From assembly GCF_006345805.1 (NCBI RefSeq), contig NW_021825323.1:62001-126000 (forward strand): a DNA stretch of 64,000 nt, in the 5' to 3' direction. The translations under genes were made by a program, and so were the position numbers. How positions within the stretch are numbered: the stretch's first letter is position 1; each line of letters begins with the position of its first letter. The stretch is from Octopus sinensis. Its lineage: Eukaryota. Positions 37,404 through 49,996 of this stretch are shown here, piece after piece. The notes under the pieces are model-generated. The model was not told the DNA's origin and searched no databases. It saw only the letters and a list, made by a program, of their open reading frames with translations.

Positions 37404-39037
37404 ATGTCAGATGAAAATACTGTATCAGTAACTAAAGATGAGGCAGCCTGGTTACTCAAGTAAAGTTCACTTTACCTAATCAAAAGTTATTTGGAGGAAT
37501 CAAAAGTAGCACATGTGACGTTTCTAAGTATGGTGGAAACATTTAAAATGTATGAACATGGTTCCTACAAACTCTTTTCTTTTGGTATATGCCTGGTATA
37601 TTATGGAACCTAATACTCTCAGTTAGAACTGCTTCAAAGATATGAACTCTTCCCTGGAAGATGTCAGCGTCTCATGGCTGCTGTTATGCTATTCCAACTA
37701 TATAGGAATGGAAACAAATTGTCTGGGTCAATATTCTCACAACAATTAGAAGAAATTATAGTAATATCTATTTCTTAGTTAATTAACAAACATTTACAGT
37801 GATAGTTAAAATAATTTAATTAATTGCACCTTGTAGATTCAGGATCAAAAAAGAGCAAGACTAGCTGGAATAAGGAGGTTTGAGTCCAGCGATATTGGCT
37901 TCTTGGTGCATATGATAAATGGAACTATTGAGGTTGTCGAAAATTGACGTTTTTTCTAGATTTGGAATCTGACACCACATATTGTAACAACAAATTTTGT
38001 GCTCCCTGAATTTGTTAATTTTGATGATTTTATGAATTTAGAAATCTAAGATTCCTAACATCTTGGCGGAGTTGACGGATACGAACGAATTTGGCTGGAA
38101 TTTTCATGATAAAATGAGATTACCTTTGCTGTGGACACTTTCTGGCGATCCAAAGGACATTATCCCTCACAACGACGACATTTTTTCATTTACGGTGGAC
38201 TTAATGTACCTCGCAGTCAATATGAATTCGGAAACCCTCCAGCCATCTATGATGCGCCCCTCCCCTCCTCCAATGGAAGGAAGCCTCATTGAAGTTATTT
38301 AAATATAAACTTTTTAGATACCGTGGCATTTTTCCTCCGCGAAACATCTTTTACCACCATTTTACGGAAAATCCCGTCCGGTCACGATCTGGCCGATTGA
38401 AAGTTCACTCCGTCGTCCAAAAACTAACTACTACCGCCACACTCATTTTAGTATTTTGAAAAGATTGTTGTGTCGGTGCCAAGTTTCGAGCGAGGAGCTG
38501 AATATGTTGGTGGATATGATAATTTCCTTGGAGAATGAGCCACGTTTTTTGTGTCAAATTGCTGTTGTGGACAAGGATTTGTTTGCTCAATTGTTGGGAG
38601 CCAGTTCTCAGGCTGCTAAGGTGTTGATTGCAGCGGTCTCAGGGACTGAGCTTTTTATCACCTTACTGTCTACGGTAGCCGATATTTCAACGTTCCGATC
38701 ATTGGAACTTGTGAAGGACCTTATTAATGCTCCTGGAAAACTTATTTCCGTCGAGTTTGTTCATAAATACGTCATCAATTTCATGCATAAGACAAGTTCC
38801 GCTACTTGTGGCGAGGATTCTGGGGATGCAAGAGTTCGTTGGGTAAGGATATTGTTTGCTTTCCTCACATCTATAATAAAACAGAGAATGTTTGATCTTA
38901 GGGTAGGTTGTTGGTGTGTAAAATTGCAGCCTATTGTATCTGAAATTCAGTCTTTTTGTTGTGATCATTCAAAAATGAAGGAGTCAACTGCTCTCTATAA
39001 ACTCATCCGTAGCCTGGATGAATATGTTCCGCAATAA
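37404..39037 (+). CDS. CNOT11: CCR4-NOT complex subunit 11 homologue, multi-exon with 24-28-nt introns
   Basis: C-terminus (SLELV..L...EFVHKYV...VRWVRILFAFLTSII....EIQSFC.DHSKMKESTALYKLI) matches the CNOT11 C-terminal domain as I recall it. Introns include 37460-37486, 37596-37622, 38294-38317, 38903-38929. Splicing at about 37720-37840 is unresolved. Confidence 0.82.
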
Positions 39038-39699
39038 TTTTTTCGTAATTTAATCTGTTCTATTTATTTGTTTGAATGATATCCAATTTTCGTTTAATGC
39101 GCGACGAGGTTTGTTAGCATATAAATTACGATTGAAACGATATCGCAATATCCGAGATTAGCATGAGCAAATAGAAAGGCAGCCAAGTACCAGTCGGATT
39201 TAAAAGTCTTTCACTCAACATATGTCGGTGGAAAAGCTAACAGATAAATCATTACTAATTTTTAGATTGCAAGAATATTCCAGCCAAATTCGTTCATAAT
39301 GGAATGCATTATTTTTCTATCTTTTTTATCAATTATGAAATTACTTGAGTTGAAACCGGTAGCTTTCGGTTCTTTGATGTCACTTAGAAATTATGACTAA
39401 TACAATACAATACAAAAACTTTTGAAATAAAAGAGATAAAAAGATTTGAGCTTTATTTTGAAAAAGGCGTTACTAACCGGAAAAGAGGATAATATACGTG
39501 ATGTTGGTAACAAATTTCTGTTGATCATATAAACATTAGACATGCATGCTGTGCTTAAATGATCTGGTTACGATATGTGTGAATGAAAAAAATCGCTTAT
39601 ATACTAGCACTTATGATTTGATTACAAAGTTCCAGTTTGGAACTAAACGGCATTGTCAGAAAGAAAAGGAACGATTCATCATTAATTGCAATATGATCA

Positions 39700-40080
39700 A
39701 AGAATCTGTTATTTAGTATTTAATTAGCAGCAGAGGATAAGATCGAATGGCAATTCCCACGCAAGATGGCTATTGATATGCGTTGGAAAAGCCATGTCCG
39801 TTCCCGATGATCATTTCTCCTTCTGCTTGCCAAATCCCCCAGTTTAATAAGGAATTTTTTAGTTCTGGGACCGAGGACTCCCGATGTCTCCACTGCGATC
39901 GGGGCAAAGATATGACGATGAGATAATGCACTGTATTTCTTGATTTTTAGCGTTTCGGCCAGGTTAGCTGCGGAGCCCGGCTCTGCGGCTGACGTAAAGA
40001 TGTTTCCGGCAAAGAAGATGTCCGTGCAAGTTGCGTCCCAGATGAGCGACTTGCCATTTTCGAAAGGGAAATTCGTTAAG
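39700..40080 (-). mobile_element. CRE-clade 3' fragment (RLE)
   Basis: FPFENGKSLIWDATC...FAPIAVETSG...RISIAILRGN. Confidence 0.82.
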
Positions 40081-40160
40081 GAACTGTAAATAGATGCGTT
40101 AACAAAGCATTCCAAAATTGCTCTGTACTTAGATAGATGCAAAGAAAACTTTGGATTTAG

Positions 40161-41520
40161 GGCGATATCGTGTTTTAGCGTCTTAAAATCATAAGGGACC
40201 AATTCTGATTAGAAATCGCAAATAAATTAATATTATTATATTATTTTTTAAAAATTATTATAATTATCAAAATAATTATTATCTGCAACGCTTTAACAGT
40301 ATTTTTGAATGATGTCTCGCGGAAGGCCGTCTGCATCGACTATTATTGTTAATAATACTCAACCAACATATGATTTGTTACTATTTGAATTGAATCACCG
40401 AGATTTTGTGGAAATAACAGTGACCACGCAAGATACGGTCAATTGGTTGGCTCAATATCAGCTAATCAAAAATTCGATGAAATGCGAAAACTGCAGCACG
40501 GATTGCCGTCTTCTTTCAGACAAATCCCGACTCGACAAATTAAAGTGGAAATGTAAAACATGCAATTTCTCAAAATCGATTCGAGATGGCAGCTTTTTCT
40601 CACATAGTCATCTTGAATTGAAGAAAATTTTGGACTATATCTATTTTTGGGCACTCAATTCAGAAACGATTATCTGCAGCAAAGAATCTCGATCAGACTT
40701 TAAAAAAACATCAATTGATTGGGGCAACTTTTTACGTGATGTATGTGTAAAGTGGGTCGAGGACCATCCTTGTTCTCTCGGTGGAATTAACCCAGAAACT
40801 ATGTTGCCAATTGTCGTAGAAGTGGATGAAACAAAATATTTTCATCGAAAATACGCAAGAGGTACCTGGCACGAAGGGCATTGGGTTGTTGGTGGAAAAG
40901 AGAGGGGCAACCCTAGGAATATTTTTCTGGTCGAAGTTCCTGATCGGAGTCGAGACAGGCTGATTCCAATAATCCAAACTCATGTACAGACCGGATCGAT
41001 TATCTGTACGGATTATTGGCCAGCCTACAATAGAATCGAATTGTAGGATATGCCGATCATTTAAGAGTCAACCACAGCCGCAATTTTGTTGACCAGAACA
41101 ATCGCTCCACACATACGCAGGGAATCGAGTCATTGTGGTCTCACGCCAAGAAAAAGCTAAAAAGGATGAATGGAACATCCCGTGTTCTTTTTAATTCTTA
41201 TCTGGCGGAATTTGAATGGCGGTGGAGAAATGATACGTATCCCTGTGGAGGCGGGAATGCATTTATTAAAATGTTAATAACTATTAATTCTCAGTATCCT
41301 TTGTCTTAATAATTCGAGTTTTTCACTGTTTTCATGTTTTACTAAGTTGCTGTAAAAAATGTAGTTTTAAAAAAATTTTAATTTAGGGTTGCCACAGTAT
41401 TGTACATATAAATTTAATTATAATAATTTTTAAAAAATAATATAATAATATTAATTTATTTGCGATTTCTAATCAGAATTGATCCCTTGTGATTTTAAGA
41501 CGCTAAAACACGATATCGCC
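40161..41520 (+). mobile_element. Merlin (IS1595/IS1016-like) transposon; transposase about 40309-41310 with one in-frame stop
   Basis: TIRs over 100 bp starting GGCGATATCG; 8-bp TSD GGATTTAG; VEVDETK, ICTDYWPAY, HTQGIESLW motifs. Confidence 0.92.
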
Positions 41521-41530
41521 GGATTTAGTT

Positions 41531-42408
41531 CAGGGGTGTCAAACTCATTTCTTCCGCGGGCCGGATTAAAAAAATTTTAGGCTCCGCGGGCCAGACTATT
41601 TATTTTTGATTTAACAAAATTCGTACTACGATTTATAATTTATAATTTTAATTTAAAATCATTTAACAACAAATTTAATAATTTTTATAATTAAAATATG
41701 TTCCAGAAACTTGACATCTTTTTTTCTTCATAATAGAGTCAATATCTGGAGTGAAATCCTGAGTTACCGTCAATCTTAGAATCTCACTCAGATGAGTGTG
41801 GGTGAGCCTTGATCGAAATTTTGTTTTGTTTATGTTCATTAAAGAAAAAAGTTGTTCACATAGATATGTACTTCCAAACATTGACAAGATTTTCTCAGCT
41901 AAGGCTGTTAAGTTGGGATACTTCGGCAAGAGATATTTATAAAAGGTGTCTAAGCCCACCATGGTAAATTTATTCTTCAGATCTGAGTCACATTTCAAAT
42001 CAATTTCTTCTCTTTTCTAATTTTTCCCATCAAATTATTGTATTCATGAGCATGGTAGGTTTGGTAATGTCGTCGAATGTTATATTCATTGACAACTGAA
42101 ATTTCTTGTCTACAGACCAAACAAGTAGGTTTACGATTTAAATCGGCAAAGAAATATTCCAGTTTCCACTTTTTTTGAAAAGATCAACTTTGCGCTTTGT
42201 TGAAAAAGGCATCAGCACAAGACAAGAAAAACAATTAGAATAATATAAATCCAAAAAACAATTAATTATTTTTTAAGTAATAATTTTTGTATTTTTATTT
42301 ATATTCTAGAATCTAGATTCTTGTATTTTTATTTGGAGTTAAATAATAATTTTAGATTTTAAATACACTTTTAAACTTTTACCGCGGGCCGTATCTTTGA
42401 CACCCCCG
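41531..42408 (-). mobile_element. Internally deleted hAT element
   Basis: TIRs CAGGGGTGTCAAA / TTTGACACCCCCG; 8-bp TSD ATTTAGTT; dimerisation-domain remnant FGSTYLCEQLFS. Confidence 0.9.
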
Positions 42409-43049
42409 ATTTAGTTAGTCGCAAATTTTTAAGCCTTGAAAAATTTAGGATTACTTAAATAGATTACTAAATTAATGATGTCAATAATTCCTAACTATGG
42501 AATGTCGTTGAGATTAAGAAAAAACATCTGGAGACAGTTAATATTCAACGTGTTATAGTTCAAAGGAACGGTTAATATTGAACGATTAAATGTTTCAGCA
42601 GTTATTTATATTGGTTTTTGATCTATTAAGGAAATTCATGTTCTTTAAATCAATACCGGTAGAGAATTTCCTTACGTTTTTTAAAAATTGTTTCCAAATT
42701 TATTGATGTAGGAATTTAGATCTCCAAAATATATAACCTCCCTTTTCCTGCCAGGTTGAGGAAAAATTCAAAATGTTGGATATTAGCAAAACTACACCAG
42801 AAGCTCAGTAGGAAAGCATAAAGTTGATTATCACTACAAACATCTACAAAAAACCTGATAAAAAATGTGCTTGGTTATCAGGATATACTTTGAAAATAGC
42901 CATGCGTCGTAGAGCAGCAAAGGCAGCTGACAGGAAAGATGTTCCCTTTAATGCTCGGAAAGAGAAATTTAAATTAATGGAGGGAGTACGGAGAAGAACT
43001 TTATACACCTGAATAAAAAACATCGGCCTCTCATCGTGGAACACTCTCT

Positions 43050-43920
43050 ATCTTTCCAAACCCCGAAATAAAATAAGACAGTGATATATGAGCAGTAAAT
43101 GAATTACCTTACAAGAAGGCTTCTGGGTCAGACAATATTTCAAGCGAGATGCTCGAAACCATTCCTTTATCTGAAATTACAATCGTATGCAAGAAAATCT
43201 GGAAAACTGGCATTTAACCTTCAGAATGGAAAAATCTCAGCATGGCTTCCGACCACAACATTCAACAACTCACCTCACGATTCTAACAGATTACATCGCA
43301 GACGGATTTAAAAAGTACACTCCATCTCAAAGAACATTCCTGGTATCAAAGACATCAGTAAGGCATTTGACCGAAAATCGCTTCATGTCGTCAGCACCAA
43401 AATTTTTGAATTCAACGTCACCCACAAAATCAAAATATGGCTGGCTTCCTCTCAGGAAAACTCGGCCGTACAGAATACGCGAACAAAAAATCTCAATTCC
43501 GCTACCTTCCAAATAGCGTACCACAGGGCTCTTCTTTCTCCCTTTTACTCTTCAACCTCCATTTGAGCAACATCCCCACCAACAACGCGACCCTACAACG
43601 CAACAATTCCTCAATGAGATCCCGGGCAGCCCACACTCTCAACATCGTGTTCCCCTGTCAAGAAACAAAAGGCATATCATTGCGACTCCGCAACTCCCCT
43701 TATCGATGAATCCGAATCATTGCTAGGCAGGAAAATCCGTATACAGCTATCAAGAATCCGCTCAGGGCACCATCCTCTTCTTCAAAGACCACATCTCTCC
43801 GTGCAACCAGATGATCTTTTCTCATGCCCTGGGCCACCTCAATCGTCTCCCAACCACGGGCTCCGGGACCTGTGGGAGTGTCCGGCCTCCGCCGAACAAA
43901 TTTAATCATTTTTGTAATTT
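43050..43920 (+). pseudogene. Highly decayed LINE RT remnant
   Basis: SQHGFRPQHST and SVPQGS..LLFN fragments in shifting frames. Confidence 0.6.
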
Positions 43921-44299
43921 AGATTTAACCAAAGTATAAATCAATAGATCTCCTTTATCAGCTCTTCAAATGGATTTTTAAGAAAATACATTACATTTAT
44001 TAAGGATATTGTTTTCGACTACAGCAATACAGTACGCTCAAAGACGAAAAAGCTTTTTTCTATCTATTCATGGAAATTGAAAATCCAGCTAACGTTGAAA
44101 ATGACATAATTGAAAGCTTCCTTTTATATAATGACGACATTAATAAGTCCCGTGAACAGAATATAATAAATGCTGAAGAAAAAATGATACAACAAATAAA
44201 GTGGAGATTTGACAAACAATTTATTGAAATTTATATTCAATTAAGAATAAATTATCAACAATGCTAATGCATTTATGCATCACATCCAACTCCTGCTTC

Positions 44300-45450
44300 C
44301 AATGTTTTACGGAAGTAAGAAAACGTATGCACCGCACCGAAGGACCCGTATAGGCAAATTGTTTGAAACAGAGTCCGCCTTCAATCCCGCATCAAATCGT
44401 TCCGTAAATCCGTCGACTAATACAGTTTGGCCTGCTTTGAGACGACCTGTCGTCCTCACAGCGAAGCCCTAGCTAAATGCCACTTCACTGCCAAGTATTG
44501 GGAACCTTCTGGACAATGAGTCCGTACGGACTGGAATTTGTTTACGTCTCAGTATTCGCCTATGCGAGCCACACATCTGCCACTGTGGCGCGAAAATCTG
44601 TCGCTTTGGACTGCACGGATTGCCAAGTTCACCAGGATACAGGTTTCCACGTGTCTCCCTTCCTTCATCAACGATGGACTTGGGCTGTAAAGCACGGTTT
44701 CATCTAATCAGGTTTGCCCCACTTCCGCTCGGAACTCCTATCCGCACTGGGAAGAACCTACTTTCTTTCTTGAGCTTGATCAAAGAGAGCATCAACATAA
44801 TCTCTTTGCACCCAATAACAATCCTCCTGGAAATTAATTACAAATGCCCCCCAAAAAACAAAAAGAACATCCAACACTGTCCGGAAAACACCCTGAATGA
44901 AGGTGTTAGTATCAAACTAGCCGAAGATGACGTCCGATGTGCGATTCGCACAAAAACTTCCGTCAAGTTTGGGGGTTCGCATTCCATTTCGTGTCGCTAG
45001 AGCGTAGCCCGCTCGTCTCGTCATGGGGCACTCAACGATGTCATCTCGCGAGCACTCAATGCTGCCGGTCTCTCTTCGAATCTATTCGAATTAGTCGGTC
45101 TGGACAAGGGGGAGGGCAAACCTCCGGATGCAAAATGTTTCATCTGAGATGCTAGGAGTACAGACACTTCGTTGCCATCCGTAATGCTGTCACCTGTATC
45201 TTTTCCCGGATCGGCATTGGCCGAAAAGTACAAACAGCTTTCCACACAACACTCCTTTGTCTGTCTGGCATTCGAGACCTCCGGAGCCTTCGGTCCGCAA
45301 ACATCAAAATTCCTGAAAGACGTCTGCCTTCTTATCGCACGGAGAAAAATGAATGCACGCAAATCCTCTTGACTGAAACATAGGATCCCTAGAATGAAAC
45401 AGAGGCGCAAGCTAACTATTTGCCCGGAATCCAACCGTTCTCTGGCAATG
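44300..45450 (+). mobile_element. Decayed, rearranged CRE-clade fragments
   Basis: LLDNESVR..CEPHICHCG..GLH; RHGALNDVISRAL; LAFETSGAFGP. Confidence 0.7.
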
Positions 45451-45866
45451 CTCGCAGATCTAGCTTGTTTTTCTTTGCTGACTTTTTTGCATGCGAGTAA
45501 CCATTTGAGGAAAGTTTTTTTGACGGAACCAAAGTTGTTCAGCTCATAACTCTCAAAAAATTTTATTAAGTAATTTTTATTTTCAGAAATTAACGTAATA
45601 TTATTTTTAAATAAATTACATTTTTTCTAGTGGTATTTTTATGAAGGATAAAATAAAACAATGGCGGGACAATAAATTTCCTCTCTACGAATTGAAAATT
45701 TGTGTAGTAGGTCCAAGCAATTCTGGTAAAACAACTTTTTGGTTTACTTCGAGTTTTATTTTTGATCCACTTGGTATGGAAATAGAAGAGAGTTTAGATA
45801 TATTGTTTCGACTTATTGACCAAGGTGTAATTGAAGAGCACATTTCTCTTCTTCTTTTATCTAATA

Positions 45867-47405
45867 TGTCGCGAGCGCAGCGCGCGACCGAGCGCTAGAC
45901 GCGACTTTGACAGCTAACAAGCCTGTCATCAACAAATATATTTATTAAATTATTTAAAATTTTAACATGATTTAAAATTAAAATTGAAATAACTTAAGTT
46001 TTCCATTGAATCCCATAAAATAATTTATAAGTAGACCTTAATAGAAAAAGTAAAATCAATGAATACTGAACGCTAATTTGGTTTAGGTTGTGAGGGGGGT
46101 AATAATTTGACAGATCTCATTGCTATTTTTTCGTTTTAATCTCTAAAATTAGGTCTTCTAATCAAAAATAAACTGTGCAGACAGGCTTGCTCCTTCAGAA
46201 GATTCTTGTTTTGACATTTTAATAAATTATGAAGCATTTAGATTTTTTCTCATTATTCTAAAATATAAATTATAAATTGTAAAATATTATTTTTATTTAT
46301 GAAATCGGTTTTAAAGCTCATTCTGCTTTGGCATCGATTTTAATTTTTGTGATCGAATATATTTAAACCCAAATACCAGCCCGTGTATTTGTCACATTTC
46401 AAAGGCGTTCGACAGCGTTTGGCACCTAGGCCTCCTGGAAAGGATCATCAGTATCCATCCGGGGCAAAGGACTGTCAAATGGCTAGAGAATTTCTTACAC
46501 ATGCGAAAGTCTTTTATCAGATGTGGTAACCGGACCTCGGATACAATCAATCTAAGGAGGGGAGTGCCTCAAGGGTCGGTCCTGAGCCCTCTACTTTTCA
46601 ACTTATACGTTGCCGACATCCCGAAACCAGTAAATCCGGAGAGTCTACTAATCATCTATGCGGACGACATATTGGTTACGGATCTGTCGCGATCCAAGGA
46701 CCTCTCTTGGAAAAGGCTGAGGGAATATATAGCGAGGGTTGAGTCTTGGGCTACGGAGAAAGCCCTCTCCTTAGCACGAGACAAGTCCACCATCACGTGG
46801 GTTTCTAAAACTCGGAAAGGAAGAGAACCACTTCTGGAGACAATGGGACTAAGAATCTCTGACGACCTAAGCTACCTTGGGGTAACGATCGGGGCTGACG
46901 GATCGTTCCTTAAGTTCGTGGAATCTAGAAGAAGGAAATGTTCCGGGATCCTGAGAAGCCTTATACGCTTCCATCTCTCCCCAGACACCTTTCTCTTCAT
47001 CTATAAGGCGACTGTAGAACCAGTCCTTATCTATGGACATGAAGGTTGGTACCCTACAGACGAGAGAAATCGCATAATCACCAAACTGGAGAAAACAAGG
47101 CGCTTTGCGATTAAACTGGCGTATAAGCTACGGCTTGATCAGGATCTCCCCAGAGAGCTAGACGAACAAACTCAAAACATTCGGCAAGTCCTCTGCTCAT
47201 TGCAAAGGGCATGAGAAGTGAAAAGGAAAGCAAGGAGGAGGCTTTCGGTGTCTCGATTTTAATAAAACCTTTTCATATAACTCTTCTCTTTCGGTTGCTA
47301 AGTCAATAAAATCTGTTCGTTCGTTCGTTCGTGTATTTGTCAATTTATAGATTTGTTGATTGATCGGATCTAGAAATTGAGTGGTCGCTCGCTGCGCTCG
47401 CGACA
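45867..47405 (+). mobile_element. Non-autonomous Ginger-like element G7 (family Y) carrying a truncated LINE C
   Basis: TGTCGCGAGCGCAGCG TIRs; TSD TAATA; interior nearly identical to G8; ends similar to G1. Confidence 0.9.
46395..47329 (+). mobile_element. 5'-truncated LINE C (3' half of RT)
   Basis: GVPQGS, YADD; (TTCG)n tail; 13-bp TSD CGTGTATTTGTCA. Confidence 0.9.
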
Positions 47406-47829
47406 TAATAAATCCGATTTATCTGGAGGCATTGATCATGCTTTTATTCCTAATTTTGTTGCAAAGTCTTATTTTTTATATTTTAAGAAATTTACGACGA
47501 TGGCCTGATCGTACCTCGAACATAAAAATGCTTTCAATATCTTGTAAAAATGGACAGAACATAAAACAAGCATTCGAATGGATGTATAAATATCGTCGTA
47601 GAACTAATTTACTTTCTCTTATCCATTTTGTATTTGATTGAGATTAATAAATAATTCTAACAATCATCAAGAAAGGGGACATTTATTTAAATATATTCTC
47701 GCTGGTTTATGCTTACGTAGTTTTAACCACTTTCTTGAAAGCATACCTTTTAGTCTCTAGAACAGGGTATCTTAACCGGGGGTACATGTGCCTAGGGGGT
47801 GCGCGAGAAGATCCAGGGGGTACGCGGAA

Positions 47830-48198
47830 CAATTTTCCAGTATGCAAAATTTAATTCCTTATCCAACAACATACTTATGCGAAACTGCGGTCAGTCAACA
47901 CTGTCGACGGGAAAAGTTGAAATCAGGGTTGATACAACAATCCTCACCGAAACAAAAGTAGAATACAACAAGCCAGATATTTTTGTCCACGTTAAAGTCA
48001 GAAACGAAATAAATCTAATTGAAGTGGGTATTACTTCACAGGATCGCCTTAAGCAAGTGGAGGTTGAAAAGTGTCACAGGTATTATCTACTGGCAAGTGA
48101 GCTTTCGCTTCTGTATAGCTGTCAAGTAAAAATAATTCCTGTGGTTATGACATGGGATGGAGTTGTCTCGAAATGCTTCAAAAATTATATGAAGAAAC
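47830..48198 (+). mobile_element. R4/Dong-like RLE fragment, preceded by a solo hAT-like left end at 47763
   Basis: YNKPDIFV..K...IEVGIT..DRL...IIPVVMTWDG. Confidence 0.75.
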
Positions 48199-48330
48199 GG
48201 TACTTTTGTCGAAGTGGTCGCAGTTTTTTAGAAGATAATAAAATTAATTAATTTTTTTAGTGAAAAATAGATTATTTAATTATAACCCTCTATCAATAAT
48301 TAAATGGTTATTAAAATTATTTAAAAACAC
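48199..48330 (-). mobile_element. Solo Merlin end (inverted copy of about 54575-54709)
   Basis: GGTACTTTTGTCGAAGTGGTCGCAG TIR plus subterminal sequence matching the right end of the Merlin at 53574-54709. Confidence 0.8.
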
Positions 48331-48334
48331 AAAT

Positions 48335-49346
48335 TATTTGTTCAAGTATCCATGTTCGACACTCTTTAATTGACAAGCCTTCTCCTTGTTGGAATAAAAT
48401 TTGGTTTTTTTTTAGAAGCGATGTCTCTTTTCACGTGAGCTTTTACTTTGGACCATACATTTTCGATAGGGTTAAGCATTGGGCTGTACGGACCGAGACG
48501 AAGAATGTGAAAATCATTAAATTCTTCCAATCAAAGAACTTCTTCGATACCACTGTGAGCTGGTGCATTGTCCAACACCATAATAACTGGACCACCATGT
48601 TTAATCCGTGCTTGCCTCAAACAAATTTTCATCCAATTACAAGCCTGCTCTTTTTTAAAAGCTCCCCTTCGGATTTCATAGTAAATGCATCCAATTATAT
48701 GTATATTCGACCCTTTTGATGCAGCCGCTAGAGTAGTGCATCTTGTTTTTTTAGCGATCTTCCTTCTGTCCTGCTGATATGGAGATTAAAGTTTGATTCA
48801 TCCATAAAGCAAATTGGTCTGTTTTCCGATTGAAATTTTAAATATTTTTCAACAAATTCCTTTCTCTTGATTTTGTTAATTTCACAATTAGCTTTTTCAG
48901 GCTCGAATCTCACTTTCTTTAATGTATACAAACTTAGATCGAGATGTCGAGCGATACTTGATTTTGATATTGATAATTTTGGAAAAACTAATTCAAATTT
49001 TCGTTTTATTCCATGAAGGGTAATTGTGCTATCGTCTTCAATGCATGATATAAAAAAGTCGACATGTTCTTTGTCAAACTTTTTTCTATAATTTCCACCT
49101 CTCGTGTCAGGTTTAACTCCATCCCTTATCCAACGATATGCTGTTGTTCTCGAGATATTGAGTTCAAGCGCTGTTTTTCCAATCTTCACCTAATTCTGCA
49201 GCTGAAATTAAATTTATTTTATTTCTATGCACTTGATTTTTCTCTTCCAATGATTTACGTAGCATTTTTATTTGCTGCGTCGAAATATAATAAACGTAAT
49301 CCACTTAGTTGGACGTTAATCCCATTTAGTATGGGAAATGGTATAG
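48335..49346 (-). mobile_element. IS630/Tc1-like transposon remnant with a frameshifted transposase
   Basis: HTH (ISRTTAYRW), FMDESNFN, VLDNAPAH, GPYSPMLNPIENVWS. Confidence 0.8.
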
Positions 49347-49558
49347 ATCTTTAACTTATATATAATAACCATATCTAAAAGTAAAAAGATAGCTAAGCTA
49401 ATTAAAGGCCTCACGAGACACCCGGCCACCCTCGCGAATGGCGAAGCCGTTCCCTCGGATCACAGCAATCGATCCGAGGGAACTAATAAGACTAAAAGAA
49501 AACTAAAATCTTAAAGGACGGAATTTATAGATTTGATCCAATATAACATCAAGAGCTA

Positions 49559-49820
49559 CAGTCTGTTCAAAAAAAACGTGACCACTTGAAAAATATGTGT
49601 TTTTCTTAATTTACAAAAATATGTCACGTTTTTTTTGAACAATGTTTTTTTGGAATATGTAGTTACTTTGAAAATGTAGCCGACAGTGACAAAAATAAAA
49701 ATTGAATTGTGTAGATAGAAAGGTTTTAAATTCGGTATTCCTTGGAAATTTTACATAAGAATCAATAAATATTGAAAAAACACACATTTTCAAGTAGTCA
49801 CGTTTTTTTTGAACAGAATG
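49559..49820. mobile_element. Tc1/mariner-type MITE
   Basis: ~45-bp imperfect TIRs starting CAGTCTGTTCAAAAAAAACGTGAC; TA flanks. Confidence 0.8.
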
Positions 49821-49996
49821 TATATAAAATAAGAATGTTCTAGAGAAGCGGTTCTTAACCTTTTTCAAACTTTTGATAAATTGTACCCTTTGGGGCTAAA
49901 AATGGATTCCGCGTACCCCCTATCGATTTTTAAATTTTTACATATCTTTTTTGAGATAAAGTACATATACATATTTTTTGAGATAAATGATTTAAT

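Larger units (their letters stand above)
45641..47640 (+). pseudogene. Arf/Arl-like small GTPase gene interrupted by G7
   Basis: KICVVGPSNSGKTT P-loop; removing G7 restores LLLSNKSD (NKxD); C-terminal ISCKNGQNIKQAFEWM. The switch region appears deleted. Confidence 0.65.
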
